Below, piece after piece: positions 51,659-63,069 of a stretch of 64,000 nt of DNA (the stretch's first letter is position 1; every line of letters begins with the position of its first letter). The DNA lies in the NCBI RefSeq assembly GCF_001194135.2, contig NC_069001.1, positions 32,943,979 to 33,007,978 on the forward strand, read 5' to 3'. The DNA comes from Octopus bimaculoides (lineage: Eukaryota). A program made the position numbers and the translations under genes. The notes below the pieces were generated by a model that ran no database searches, had not been told where the DNA came from, and saw only the letters and a program-made list of their open reading frames with translations.

Positions 51659-51701
51659 CTGTACTGATGAAGAGAAATAACCCAGAAATCACGATACACA
51701 G
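51659..51701 (+). ncRNA. Minimal type-I hammerhead-ribozyme-like motif (degenerate stem II)
   Basis: CTGTA-CTGATGA-agagaaataaccca-GAAA-T-CACG-ATA-CACAG: both core boxes, a cleavage triplet (ATA), and stem I CTGT/ACAG. Confidence 0.4.
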
Positions 51702-52095
51702 ATATTGTTTGAGCTGAGTGGGGGTGCTAGATTCCCTTGTTTGAAAATATAAGGACACAAGTCGTGTCGTATAGCCAGCTGGAGATGATGTCTCCTGGAG
51801 CTAAATTACAGCAACATTAGTCCTAAACCAGGACTGCCATGTTAAGTTGGCAAACAATCTTTACTAAGTACTGTTGCTGAATATCTCACATTGTGAAATT
51901 TAAAAATAGTAATTTTCAGGTGAGATTTTTTTCAATGAAACAATTAATTTGTTATCGAGGATTTTCAGTGAAAGAAGTTAGTTCCTTGTTCAATACTCGG
52001 TGGCAGTGTTTAAATTTAGTTAAAAAAGATGATTTCGTCACCTATGCTGGGGTTGGCAAGGTCGGTAGTGGTCAGTAAATGTGTTAGTTCCTTGT

Positions 52096-52184
52096 TGAAC
52101 TTGCACTGAACCTGGTGTATTAGTACAAACTGAACTCACACTGAACCCAGTGTGTTAGTGCGAACTGAACTCACACCAAACCTG
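52096..52184. repeat. 35-bp minisatellite, about 2.5 copies
   Basis: TGAACTTGCACTGAACCTGGTGTATTAGTACAAAC / TGAACTCACACTGAACCCAGTGTGTTAGTGCGAAC / TGAACTCACACCAAACCTG. Confidence 0.8.
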
Positions 52185-52489
52185 TAAGTTGCTGTAATGG
52201 TGGTTGGTCGAATTACTGTGTGTTGGTCTTGTCTCTAAAATGTGGTAGGGGTTTGATTCCCCTGCTCACAATATATCAGATGCAGCTGTGCAGTGTTAAC
52301 CAGTTAGAAGAGATGTCTTCCTGGGGTTAAAAAATCGCACCAAAGTCCGTTCGAACAAAAAACAAGAGTGCTTAGTACAACGAAAACCAAGAGTGCCATG
52401 TGCAACGAACAATACTGCCTAAGAATTGGGCAACAATTACATTACAACATCTGGCAACAAGATGTCAAGGATATAAAAATTATAATGAT

Positions 52490-53182
52490 ATATATATATA
52501 TATATATATCACATATTCTCCTCCATTTTCTAATTGCTATATATATATAGATATATATAATCCAAGGAAGTATATATATATATATATATATTCTATGTGT
52601 TTGTGTATATATATGTGTGTATGTGTATGTGTGTGTGTATATATGTGTGTGTATATATGTGTGTGTATATATGTGTGTGTGTATATATGCGTGTGTGTGT
52701 GTATATGCGTGTGTGTGTGTGTATATGCGTGTGTGTGTGTAAATGTAAGCTCACATATCTTTCTGGATAGCTGTTACACTCTTTTTTCTCATCAATTTTC
52801 TCAATTTTCCTGTATATATAAATGTACTACTACTACTACTACTACTTATAACTCCACACATACACACACACACACACACACAAACACACATGTATAAGGT
52901 GTGCCTATACTTTTATGCATAGATAAACACAAAGCTGATAATTCATTGATATATATATGTGTGTGTGTGTATGTGTGTGTGAGAGAGAAAGAAAAAGATA
53001 TTGTTGGTTTCTTCCTTTGTCACCATAAACAAAAAGGAACAAAACAAAACAAAACAAAACAAACTATAGTTGTAGAGTGGATAATGCTAAATGTCAGATA
53101 AAACAGGTAAATTCAGGCAGTAAGTCCATCAGCTACAGCAAACGTATATCCTCATGTCATGCACGTGCGTGCGCGCACACGC

Positions 53183-53233
<51 letters not shown>

Positions 53234-53270
53234 CACTCACTCACTCACTCACTCACTCACTCACACACAC
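52490..53270. repeat. Compound microsatellite field (TA, TG, TAC, CA, CACT, AAAAC)
   Basis: Directly visible. Confidence 0.9.
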
Positions 53271-53991
53271 ATCATGTACAACTTATGTTAACAGCAGTTC
53301 AAGATAAGAACTGACTTTTCTATCAATGCTCTCATATGGAAGTTTTCGGCTGGTAGAATATAGATCAGAAGGCCATCAGTAGATTAACATCATCATCACT
53401 ATCATCATCATTATTCTCCATTTACTCACCTATAACAACTGCCTTTACCATCAACATCTTCACCGCCAACACCATCGATCTACACCTTTACCTTTACTTT
53501 TCTTGAAAACTGGTTCACAGATAAGGGGAGAAGAAAAAAATGAAATACAAAACAAAATCTGAACTTGATCTTACACCTGTTCCTTTCTCCCCTAACTTAT
53601 CACAGTCCAACGTTAAGAACTTTTTGCTGTTAGATTAAATGCATAAAAGTATTTAGTTTTGTTCTTTTGTTTCTGAGTTCAAATCTGACTGGGGTTGGCT
53701 TGCCTTTAAGCATCAGTCTTACTTTGAAGGCAATTTAATTGATTAACAATTTCAGATTTAATTTCCAGCATGGTATTGCTGTCAGAAATTACTTCCCTAC
53801 AACTGGTTGCTTGTAGTATTGGTGGTGTCAGTATTTTTAATTATAATACTTTTAGTTTTGTTCTGATGACTTTTAAAATTTATTTAATAGGTTACTGGTT
53901 AACTGAACTTGAATGAAATTCATTGGAAACTATATATCATCTTATAAGTGCAGTGGGACAGTGGGTCTTTAATCAAAATTAATCTCTCTCT

Positions 53992-54088
53992 CATGCCTGT
54001 CATTAAGGGGGTGCACTGAATGGCACTGCCCTCTCACTGTTCAATGGTGCACCTTCAGATTTACAGTGATCCACTTTAGCATTATTAC
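53992..54088 (-). mobile_element. hAT-type MITE, copy 4 (truncated)
   Basis: CATGCCTGTCATTAAG...GGCACTGCCCTCTCACTGTTCAATGGTGCACC matches copy 3; similarity stops after TTAGCATTATTAC. Confidence 0.7.
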
Positions 54089-54263
54089 CCCATGCATAAA
54101 AACAAGCAGTTTGTATAAGAATATTAAGAAATAGACTGTACAAGTTTAGTAAAGCAAAGACTGAAGTAGTTAACCTATTAACAGTATTATGCAAGAAAAA
54201 ATCTCACACAAATCACCACTAGAAGGTATCTCACGGGTCGAATATATCATCTTTTTCTCCATC

Positions 54264-55851
54264 AACCATTTTTTTCCACTGTGCAGTGGGATCAAATTCA
54301 GAACCAGGTGGTTGTCAAAGAACTCTTTAACCATATGGCTATTCTTAGGTAGAAAAAGAAAAGACACAACTAATAAAAATAAATAGGTATACATACACAC
54401 AGTTACACATTACCCTAGCCAATGAGAAGCCTCAATATGGCCACTTGACTTGTTGGAGCAAGTCTATATACATAAGAGAAATTATGAAGGTTGGAAGTGT
54501 TCCTTGGAGACTATTTGCAAAGGGTTATTAAAGGTTCACTCAAGAATAGCTGGTTAGAACCATCTTAAAGCATAGCAGAAAATCAATATTCACAATATTG
54601 TCTGAAAGCTTAGAAACATCAGCATAGAAAAAGGAAAGCAAGTTATCCTGGACTGGTGATTATTACATCAATTCACACATGGAAGCATATGTCCTTTTGA
54701 TCTATGAACAGGAAATAGAAATTAAATACCTCATGTACAAAAATGATACAAATGTAGACATTACACTCAGGTGGGACAACAGGAATCCACTAAGTGGGGT
54801 AAATGTTGAAGTAATATGAAAATGTAATAATGCTATTGTATTTCAAGAGGTTTCATAATGTCATAGGACAGATAAACATGGGTGTCAAAACGTAAGAGAG
54901 AGAGTTATGAATTACATTCACTCTCAGAAAAAAACCCAAAGAATATTTGTATTATGTACTGATTATAACATCAACAGGAAGTAACATAAATAGCAGTTTC
55001 AACATAGTTCTCAGGAACAGATAATAAAAATATATACTGTTATGGAAGTCAGACCTAAAAAACATCTGTTGTAAAGACTTTGTGAACCAATTTTTTAAAA
55101 AAAATTATGCAATAATAAAAGTTATCACCTGGGTGACTGACGAAAATTCTCATGTTGAAGTAAAAATTTTGCTGCACTCAAAGATTACTGTGAAGACAGA
55201 TCTGTTGAAGAATTGTTGGATCCATTCATTTTACTTTGATTTTGCAGTCAAAAGTGAATGTAACTTAAATTGTTGCAAGGACACTTAATGCCAGAGACTG
55301 AGAAAAGTTCATTACTCTATATTTGTGCAAAATGATGCACTTTTGCAAATCTTCAAATCAGTTAACATTTTCTAGCAACCAAAGGATAGAGTTATTCACA
55401 GTAATTTCAAACAATTTGGACCAGCATGATTCTCTGACTTGAGGCATTGTTGACAACTGGCCTTGGAGTGACTTGCAGTTAAATATTTATCTCTATACAA
55501 GACTGAGAAGCTTGCAGGAATTCAGACCATGCAGTGAAACTGAATTTACCAAGTTTTTATCTGGTATGACATCATGTGTTTCAGAAATAATTAATACCTT
55601 CTCCACACATTGTACTATTTAAACAAGGCAGTAGACATTTTCCCCTCCTTATTTTAAGTGATACAATATTCCACCCTTATCTTTATATTAATATGATTGT
55701 CGCATACGTGTGTGTGTGTGTGTGTACCTATTTATTTTTATTAGTTGTGTCCTTTCTTTTTCTACCTAAGAATAGCCATATGGTTAAAGAGTTCTTTGAC
55801 AACCACCTGGTTCTGAATTTGATCCCACTGCACAGTGGAAAAAAAATGGTT
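54264..55851. repeat. Near-perfect inverted repeat: arms 54264-54389 and 55725-55851, 1335-bp spacer
   Basis: Arms are reverse complements except for one substitution and one A-run indel. The ORF track shows the same peptide (YLFLLVVSFLFLPKNSHMVKEFFDNHLVLNLIPLHSGKK) on both strands. Confidence 0.95.
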
Positions 55852-56149
55852 TTTCACTTTTTGGAATTTTCAGAAAATTTTTGCGCATGTGTTCTACACA
55901 TGGGAATTCATACGATTATATAAAAATATTTTCTGAAAACTCCAAAAATCAAAAAAAAGTTATGAAGGGGGTTATATGTAGTGCTTAAATCAGAATTCCA
56001 CGTATAGTAGTTTATGAAAGAAAAGTAAGAAACATTCTGAGATTTGTAGGACTTAATCCCATAGATTTTTTTTGTTTCATTAGAAAGTGCAACTTTGGGT
56101 TTAGTGAGATGACAAAAGCAATAAATCATAGCTTGTCTGGGTGCTCAAT

Positions 56150-57200
56150 TAGTTACTACTAGTTCCATGACTAACCATACTGGTTTGATGTTTCTGTTGT
56201 GTAGTACACTGAAATGCCTTCTGGTAGTCTAACCACACTACATCAAACATCATGATTCATCACTCTTTATTCCTGTATCATTCTGCTAAGAATAGGTGTT
56301 CTGTACAGCACTATATGTCAATTTTTCTGCAGCTTGTCTACATATTCTACATATTTTAATGTTATTAATGCTACTGTGGTAACATAAAAATAAGATATAT
56401 AATATCTAGTATAAGTTTAGTATAATCTCTTAGGTTATTGGACAATAATTCTAAGCCTGATTGGCTGAAGTATTTTTGATATGAGAAGAGTGAATGCTGT
56501 TGATTATTATTTGAGCAGAATAAGTGTCTTCCTACTCCTTGCTTACCAATTAAGTTCCTGTTATATTTCTTCAACTAATCTGGTCTTGATGTTCTGAGAG
56601 TTTCTGTTGGAGTTTTAAAATATTTTTTTCAGTGTTGTTTATTTATTATTCATTCATTTTATTTGTCATGTTTGCAGTTGCTCTCTTATAATTTAGACAT
56701 CATCTATTGAACTTTTTATTACTCTGTTCACTAACATATAATCTTGATAGCCTTATAACTCTTTTACAAATGCATTTTCTTTTTGTTCTGTTGCTTGTAA
56801 ATAGATTTAGATTCTTTGGCAAGTTGATTCACATTCTTTGATTAACAGTCCATCTCTGATTAGGCAGTGCTGCTTTTACTTTTTTTTTCATTTTTCTCAT
56901 ATATCTGTAAATACCGGTTTCAAACTATTCACTCCCTTGCTGAGGATTTCAAATTTCTTGTCCCTAAACCACTTTTCCAATTACATTCTATTTGTTTTTG
57001 ATATTTTGTGTTATTGTTGTTGTTTAACACTGCATCCTCTCTAACTGACTTCAGCTATAATTGACTATACATTTAATTCCAGTTATCACCACACCATCCT
57101 TTGAAAGGGAAACCTAAAACTACATTGTCTAATACAGCTTTCCTGACTCATATAGGTTTTACGTGTTGGACCACTTTGGTTCAGAATGTTTTAAAGTATA
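56150..57200 (-). mobile_element. Decayed fragments of an RLE-type (R4/Dong-like) LINE
   Basis: DVVWLDYQKAF (RT motif, about 56211-56244), CRICRQAAEK (zinc finger) and HQDQI..RN. Confidence 0.45.
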
Positions 57201-58266
57201 GAACTGGGAATCATTTATCTATTTCAGTATTTCAATGTTAGGATCATGATTGCCGTCTCAGCTTCTGTAGTTTCTGTTCATCTTGCTTCCTGGTTTTATC
57301 ATTTCCAAATAGGAAGTGTATTTATGTGTTTGTCTTTTATCAGTCTTGCATTGAATTTAATATTGTGTATTTACTTGAGAGGTTTTTCTAAGCATATTTC
57401 CAAGGTTGAAAAACAAGTTTGATATTCAATTCAGAGAAGTTAACATGAGCTATGTGAAAGTGTGTTTGTTATTGTTTACTATATCTGTATATGTGGGTGT
57501 GTGTATGTAGGAGAGGTCTATGAATGATTATTATATCATATTTGAGCCACTGCCATGAAAGAATTGGAGTGCCAAATAAAAAGCAAAATGGCAGAAGCTG
57601 AGCATGTAGGATTAAAAATGGTTATTTTATTTCTACATTCCTTCAGTAGTTTGGCAGAAAGTTTAGAAACATGAAGTCAGGTGATCATGTAGCATAATTC
57701 TGGAATAAAATTCCTAACAAACAATACAAAATTATTGGTTCAATATAACATTATTGGTTAATATAAACATATTTGATGTTATCCTAAAGCTTTAGTGTCG
57801 ATTCAGCTAGATCTGTTAACTAAATTTGTGAATCCTGAACCAAGCCTTTCTCTCTTGCATACCCATAGGATTTAAGCTTAACCAAATTCTTAATCTATTA
57901 AGTACTCAGTAAAGACTTAGAGAGTATCTGAATTTGATTTCTTTTCTGTATTTAGTTTCAATATCTCACTGTTCTAAAGTGAAATCTTGATGGAGACATC
58001 GTCTGACATCATGAATTAAGCAAATACTAGATATTAGACAAAATTCTATTAACAATCTTCTGTAAATTCAGCTTTGTGCCTAATGTTATCTTCCTTAATT
58101 TTTCTTAATCGGAATATACACTATTATAGATCCATCCAAGTCAGTTGATCTTAAGGCACTGATCCAGTTATTTCATACTCAATGCAAAACCGAATAGTAA
58201 GATAGGCTGAAAAGGCTCTATAATAATGTATACTTTGAGTAACATATCTATCTATCTGTCCGTACA

Positions 58267-58297
<31 letters not shown>

Positions 58298-58642
58298 TAT
58301 TTAAAACAGTTTGGCTGAATTCCATGCAACTTAGTTTCTAATGACACTAACAGAAGCACCATTTCTTTCAGGCTGTAGATTACCATCTTACAAGGTATCT
58401 CACCAATCAAATATACCAGTGTTAGGAAGCCTGTTTCTTTCAGGCTATAGATTACCAAATCTATACCCTAGAAAGAGGTATACATTTTCTCTTGATTGAA
58501 AACCAGTGAGTCAAAGGCAAAAAAATGAAATAATTGGTTCTATAACAGATAAACTTATTTAAAAATATAATTATATAAAAATTCCAGCATTATTAAAAAT
58601 CATAAAGGACATAAGGATATAAGAAGATATAGAAATATGGCA

Positions 58643-58683
<41 letters not shown>

Positions 58684-59177
58684 NNNNNNNNNNNNNNNNN
58701 NNNNNNNNNNNNNNNNNNNNNNNNNNNNNNNNNNNNNNNNNNNNNNNNNNNNNNNNNNNNNNNNNNNNNNNNNNNNNNNNNNNNNNNNNNNNNNNNNNNN
58801 NNNNNNNNNNNNNNNNNNNNNNNNNNNNNNNNNNNNNNNNNNNNNNNNNNNNNNNNNNNNNNNNNNNNNNNNNNNNNNNNNNNNNNNNNNNNNNNNNNNN
58901 NNNNNNNNNNNNNNNNNNNNNNNNNNNNNNNNNNNNNNNNNNNNNNNNNNNNNNNNNNNNNNNNNNNNNNNNNNNNNNNNNNNNNNNNNNNNNNNNNNNN
59001 NNNNNNNNNNNNNNNNNNNNNNNNNNNNNNNNNNNNNNNNNNNNNNNNNNNNNNNNNNNNNNNNNNNNNNNNNNNNNNNNNNNNNNNNNNNNNNNNNNNN
59101 NNNNNNNNNNNNNNNNNNNNNNNNNNNNNNNNNNNNNNNNNNNNNNNNNNNNNNNNNNNNNNNNNNNNNNNNNNNNT

Positions 59178-59220
<43 letters not shown>

Positions 59221-60048
59221 GCATAGAATATAGTATAATTATAAAATGTAATTATAAATAACTAAAAAATGTAAGTACCATATTGCATTATATCTTACCA
59301 TGCTTAACTGCAGTGAGAAGTTACAACCCTTCCACAAATCAAAGAATGTTACACCAGTATATACGAGGGTTAATAGGTATATAAAGTACAAAATTCAATA
59401 ATATAATGTAAATTCAATAATACAATGTAAACTAAAAGAATAAATAAAATACATGCACAAAAAAAAAAATCAATAAGGGATTTATAAAATGATAAAATAG
59501 ACATAAAGTTGAGAATTTTTTTTCATTACTGAAGCCATAAGATACATACTGGATATAAGGAGAGATAAAGGATAACAAAATAAAAAATACAGCTAATAAG
59601 AAAAAGAAAAGAAAAACATAAATAAAATAATAATAAGTAAATAAATAAGGATAGGTTGAGGTATTCCTAAGAAAGTAAATTAAGAAATAAAGTAAGATGA
59701 GGGTACCTTGGGATGCGGTTTTATAAAATATAGTATTACAGGCACTGTTGTATGAAGAATTATATAGTTCCTTGGTGGGTATAGAGTATACCTAAGGGAG
59801 GTGTACTATCTGATAACTCATTACAAATATACCTATTCTGACTGATAGGGCAGAAAGTCTTGGAATTGAAGGAAAAACAGTGTAATCACCATATAGGATG
59901 AATGCAGGCTAAACTGGTAGTGGTTATAAGAGGGCAGCATGATATATGATATATGATATATAATTCACTACACTAGAGGGTATGTTATGAGAGATATGAC
60001 ACCCCAGCTAATTTCTACCATCAAATTCAAAGTATGATGAGTATATTA

Positions 60049-60245
60049 TTATTTGTTTCCAAAATATTTAAACGTGCGAGTGATGCTATGCACACAGGAT
60101 ATCCTAAGGTCTAATCTATTATTAATTGGGTTATTCTTGTCTCTGTGCTTAAAAATCTCATAAATTTCCATAGAACAATGTTCGCATCCATGTCTGCTAT
60201 CTCTGTATGGTTGTACTCTCTGTATTATATCCCATTTAAGGCTAA
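60049..60245 (-). mobile_element. C-terminus of a non-Poseidon Penelope-like element
   Basis: FSLKWDIIQRVQPYRDSRHGCEHCSMEIYEI...INNRLDLRISCVH matches W.I.....PY......C.LC..E...I......LN.R..L...C.H. Confidence 0.65.
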
Positions 60246-61240
60246 ATCTACCACTGGTAATAGCCAATACATACATGGAATACTCTGAGATTTTGGCTTT
60301 AGGATCAACACCACTAAAACCAACATTATGGTTACGATATGTTGATGATACCTTTATACTCTGGCCCCACCAAGAAGATGTCCAAGTGCTGTTAGATCAT
60401 GTGAACTCAATAAAGCCATCCATGCAGTTCACAATGGAAAAGGAAAAAAACAATCAGCTGGCATTCCTGGACATATTAATAACACGCACCAAGTATGGAT
60501 TCAGGACACCTGTATACTGCAAGCCGACCTTTACTGGACGATACCTCAACTTCAATTCCCACCATCCATACTGTGTAAAGAGAAGGATTGCTCAGTGCCT
60601 AAAACATTGTGCAAAGAATATAAGTAGCGATCGTGATACACACCGCGAAGAAATGATCAAGCTCATTAACAATCTGTTAAGCAACAATTACCCCAAAAGT
60701 ATACTATCCACTCTAATTATGAAGAAGAGAGAGGATGAGGCCAATAACCTGTCCACAACCTGTCTACCCTATGTGAAAGGCCTCTCCGAAAAGATACAAA
60801 AGATATGCGGCCCATATGACATCAGGACAGTATTCAAAAGTAATACAACACTTCGCAAATATCTTCTTTGAGTAAAACCACCAATAGAAGAGAGTATGAC
60901 CTACGACTGCGTGTACTCCATTCCATGCAGCTGTGATAGGTTATAAAAAGGCGAAACATGCCACCTCCTCAAAATAAGGGTAGACAAACATTGCAAAGCT
61001 GTGACACGAGGAGATATTGATAAATCGGGTATAGCTGATCTTGTATGGTAAAATGGAGACCATCTCCCCCTGTGGGATGAAGTTGAAATAATAGACAGAG
61101 AACACCACTGGAAAATACAAAAGCTAAAAGAAGCAGCACATATGCTATGATACAACAACCTCCTAAGCAGACCGAGTGCAGGTATGAGCAGCATATGGGA
61201 ACTGGTATTAAGGAAGGATAGAAAAATATTAGATTTATGA
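60245..61240 (+). mobile_element. 5'-truncated Penelope/Poseidon-type PLE: RT C-terminal half plus GIY-YIG endonuclease
   Basis: PLVIANTYME...WLRYVDDTF...LAFLDILI...VYCKPTFTGRYLNFNSHHP...LPYVKGLSE...CVYSIPCSC..L*KGET...KLKEAAH, in a single frame with four nonsense codons (60869, 60944, 61049, 61148) and no frameshift. Confidence 0.92.
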
Positions 61241-61267
61241 GCCCTAAAATTCACTCCATAATTGCCC

Positions 61268-61345
61268 ACGGACATATGGCATAGTGATTAAGAGCACGGG
61301 CTACTAACCCCAAGATTCCGAGTTCGATTCTAAGCAGTGATCTGA
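61268..61345 (+). promoter_or_regulatory. tRNA-derived Pol III promoter (A/B boxes) immediately 3' of the PLE ORF
   Basis: A-box TGGCATAGTGA (61277-61287), anticodon-arm-like CGGG-CTACTAA-CCCC, B-box GAGTTCGATTC (61320-61330). Confidence 0.65.
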
Positions 61346-61425
61346 ACAATAATAATAATAATAATAATTATAATAACATCGAAAAATACCTTAGGAATGA
61401 GAACCCAGTTTCGAAATTTCCCCAA

Positions 61426-61471
61426 GTCACCTGAAGAAGGCTGAAGGGTATATCAGCCAAAATATTGTGTT
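61426..61471 (+). ncRNA. Minimal type-I hammerhead ribozyme relic (G12 mutated to A)
   Basis: CAC-CTGAAGA-A-GGCTGA(agggtata)TCAGCC-AAAA-TATT-GTG: perfect 6-bp stem II, stem I CAC/GTG, palindromic stem III AATATT; the GAAA box reads AAAA. Confidence 0.6.
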
Positions 61472-61627
61472 AACAACAAACAAGATGAGAACAAATATCC
61501 GTTGAATGTAAATAATGTACATGTTTTATTTGCATTCACATTTTGATGGCATTCACATGTCAATGATAATAATTCTTTCTGATTTTGGCACAAGGCTAGC
61601 AAATTTTGGGGGTGATGGGTTAGTTAA

Positions 61628-62295
61628 TTACATTATAGAGAACCCATTTCTCATCACCAGTCACTATTTGGTCCCCCAAAAGTTCATTTGTGAGACATGA
61701 CAGCAAAGAAGAGCACATATTCACTTTCTGCATGCGATTAGACTCAGAAAGTTCGTGAGGAACCCATTGACCCAATTTGCTGACTTTTCCAATGGCACAC
61801 AGGTGTCAATGAATGGTTGAATGACCAAATCCAAGCTTCTCTGCTAGTCCCTCAATAGTTAGGATGGGATTTTGTTGCACCAGGGTTTGCAGTATGTCCT
61901 CGTCAAGCTCTAGAAATCTTTCAGGATGAGGCTCATCTTCTAGGCTGTAGTTTCCGGCTCAGAATTTCTGGAACCACCATTGACACTGGCTTATGCTTAT
62001 TGATCAGTCGCCATATGCTGCATTAATATTCCTTACACTTTCTGTTGCATTGTTGCTTTTATTGAACTCATAAAGCAAAATGTGCTGAATATTCTCTTTT
62101 GTCACTTCCATTATAGCTTTGAAAAAATGACTGTTAAAATCGAACTGCACTCTTCAAAACTTGCACTAAGAATAAGGACAAGATAAAATTACTGCCTGCT
62201 TTTATAGCAAGTTGATGCAGGTAGTTTATCCCATCCCCCTCTGACTTTTAGTTCATGCAATTGAAAAAAACCGCATTATTTATGGGATGACCCAA
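61628..62295 (-). mobile_element. Mariner relic (third family), 5' half with TIR; 3' half lost at a SINE remnant near 61565-61640
   Basis: TA then TIR TTGGGTCATCCCATAAATAATGCGGTTTTT; ATG at 62111; MEVTKENIQHILLYEFNK...WFQKF...LGQWVPHEL...IVTGDEKW. Confidence 0.9.
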
Positions 62296-62959
62296 TAGAT
62301 ATGTATACATTTTTATATATATATATATATATACATACACATATGCATGTGCATGCTTTGTAATTGCTTTTGTTCATATATTTATGAATATGAATGTGTG
62401 TTGTGAATGTTTGTATCTTATATGTATGTTTGTGTTCAGGTATGTAATATATTGTTTCTATGCTTTTAAGTCATAAACAGTTATAATTTTACAGAATAAA
62501 TCTCTGACACACATGTACACTGTTATATGTGCCAACATAAACAAGGATATATATTCATATAAGAATATATATAATCTGCTTCATGTATAGAAATCTCCTT
62601 CTCGTGTTTGCTAAACCAAACGTATTTGTGTATACAATTCTATGTACCTCAAATTTATCTGCCAGATGTTTCAGAAACTAAAATGAAAAAAAAGTAAGCT
62701 AACAAATTGAGAGCAAAATAAATAAATAAACAGTATCCCTCTCCAATTTTACTCAGTAATGTTTTCCAAGATAACAGATAACTGTTTTATTGTGTAATAT
62801 TGTATGTTTAAGGAGGAGACTTGTATCGTTACAATCTTGTGTACATGTGCAGAAGACATGTAGAGATGGGTATACACAAACACGCATATATGTGCGTGTG
62901 TGTGTTGTGCGTGTGAATATATGTTCTTGTGCATGCATGTGTAAATGTGTGTGTGTGTA

Positions 62960-63013
<54 letters not shown>

Positions 63014-63069
63014 TATACAAATATTTTTACATATGTTTGTTTGTGCGTATTTATATATCAACAATATCA

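Noticed and set aside
52096-52184. CRISPR-like array
   Set aside because: Units are contiguous with no unique spacers, and the context is eukaryotic.
58364-58456. Two direct copies of TTTCTTTCAGGCT(G/A)TAGATTACCA that look like tandem splice acceptors
   Set aside because: The phase-1 frame gives no PAS-like sequence; treated as a small local duplication.
60869-61150. In-frame TGA codons in the PLE ORF as selenocysteine or readthrough
   Set aside because: The same frame also contains two TAA stops; ordinary point decay is sufficient.
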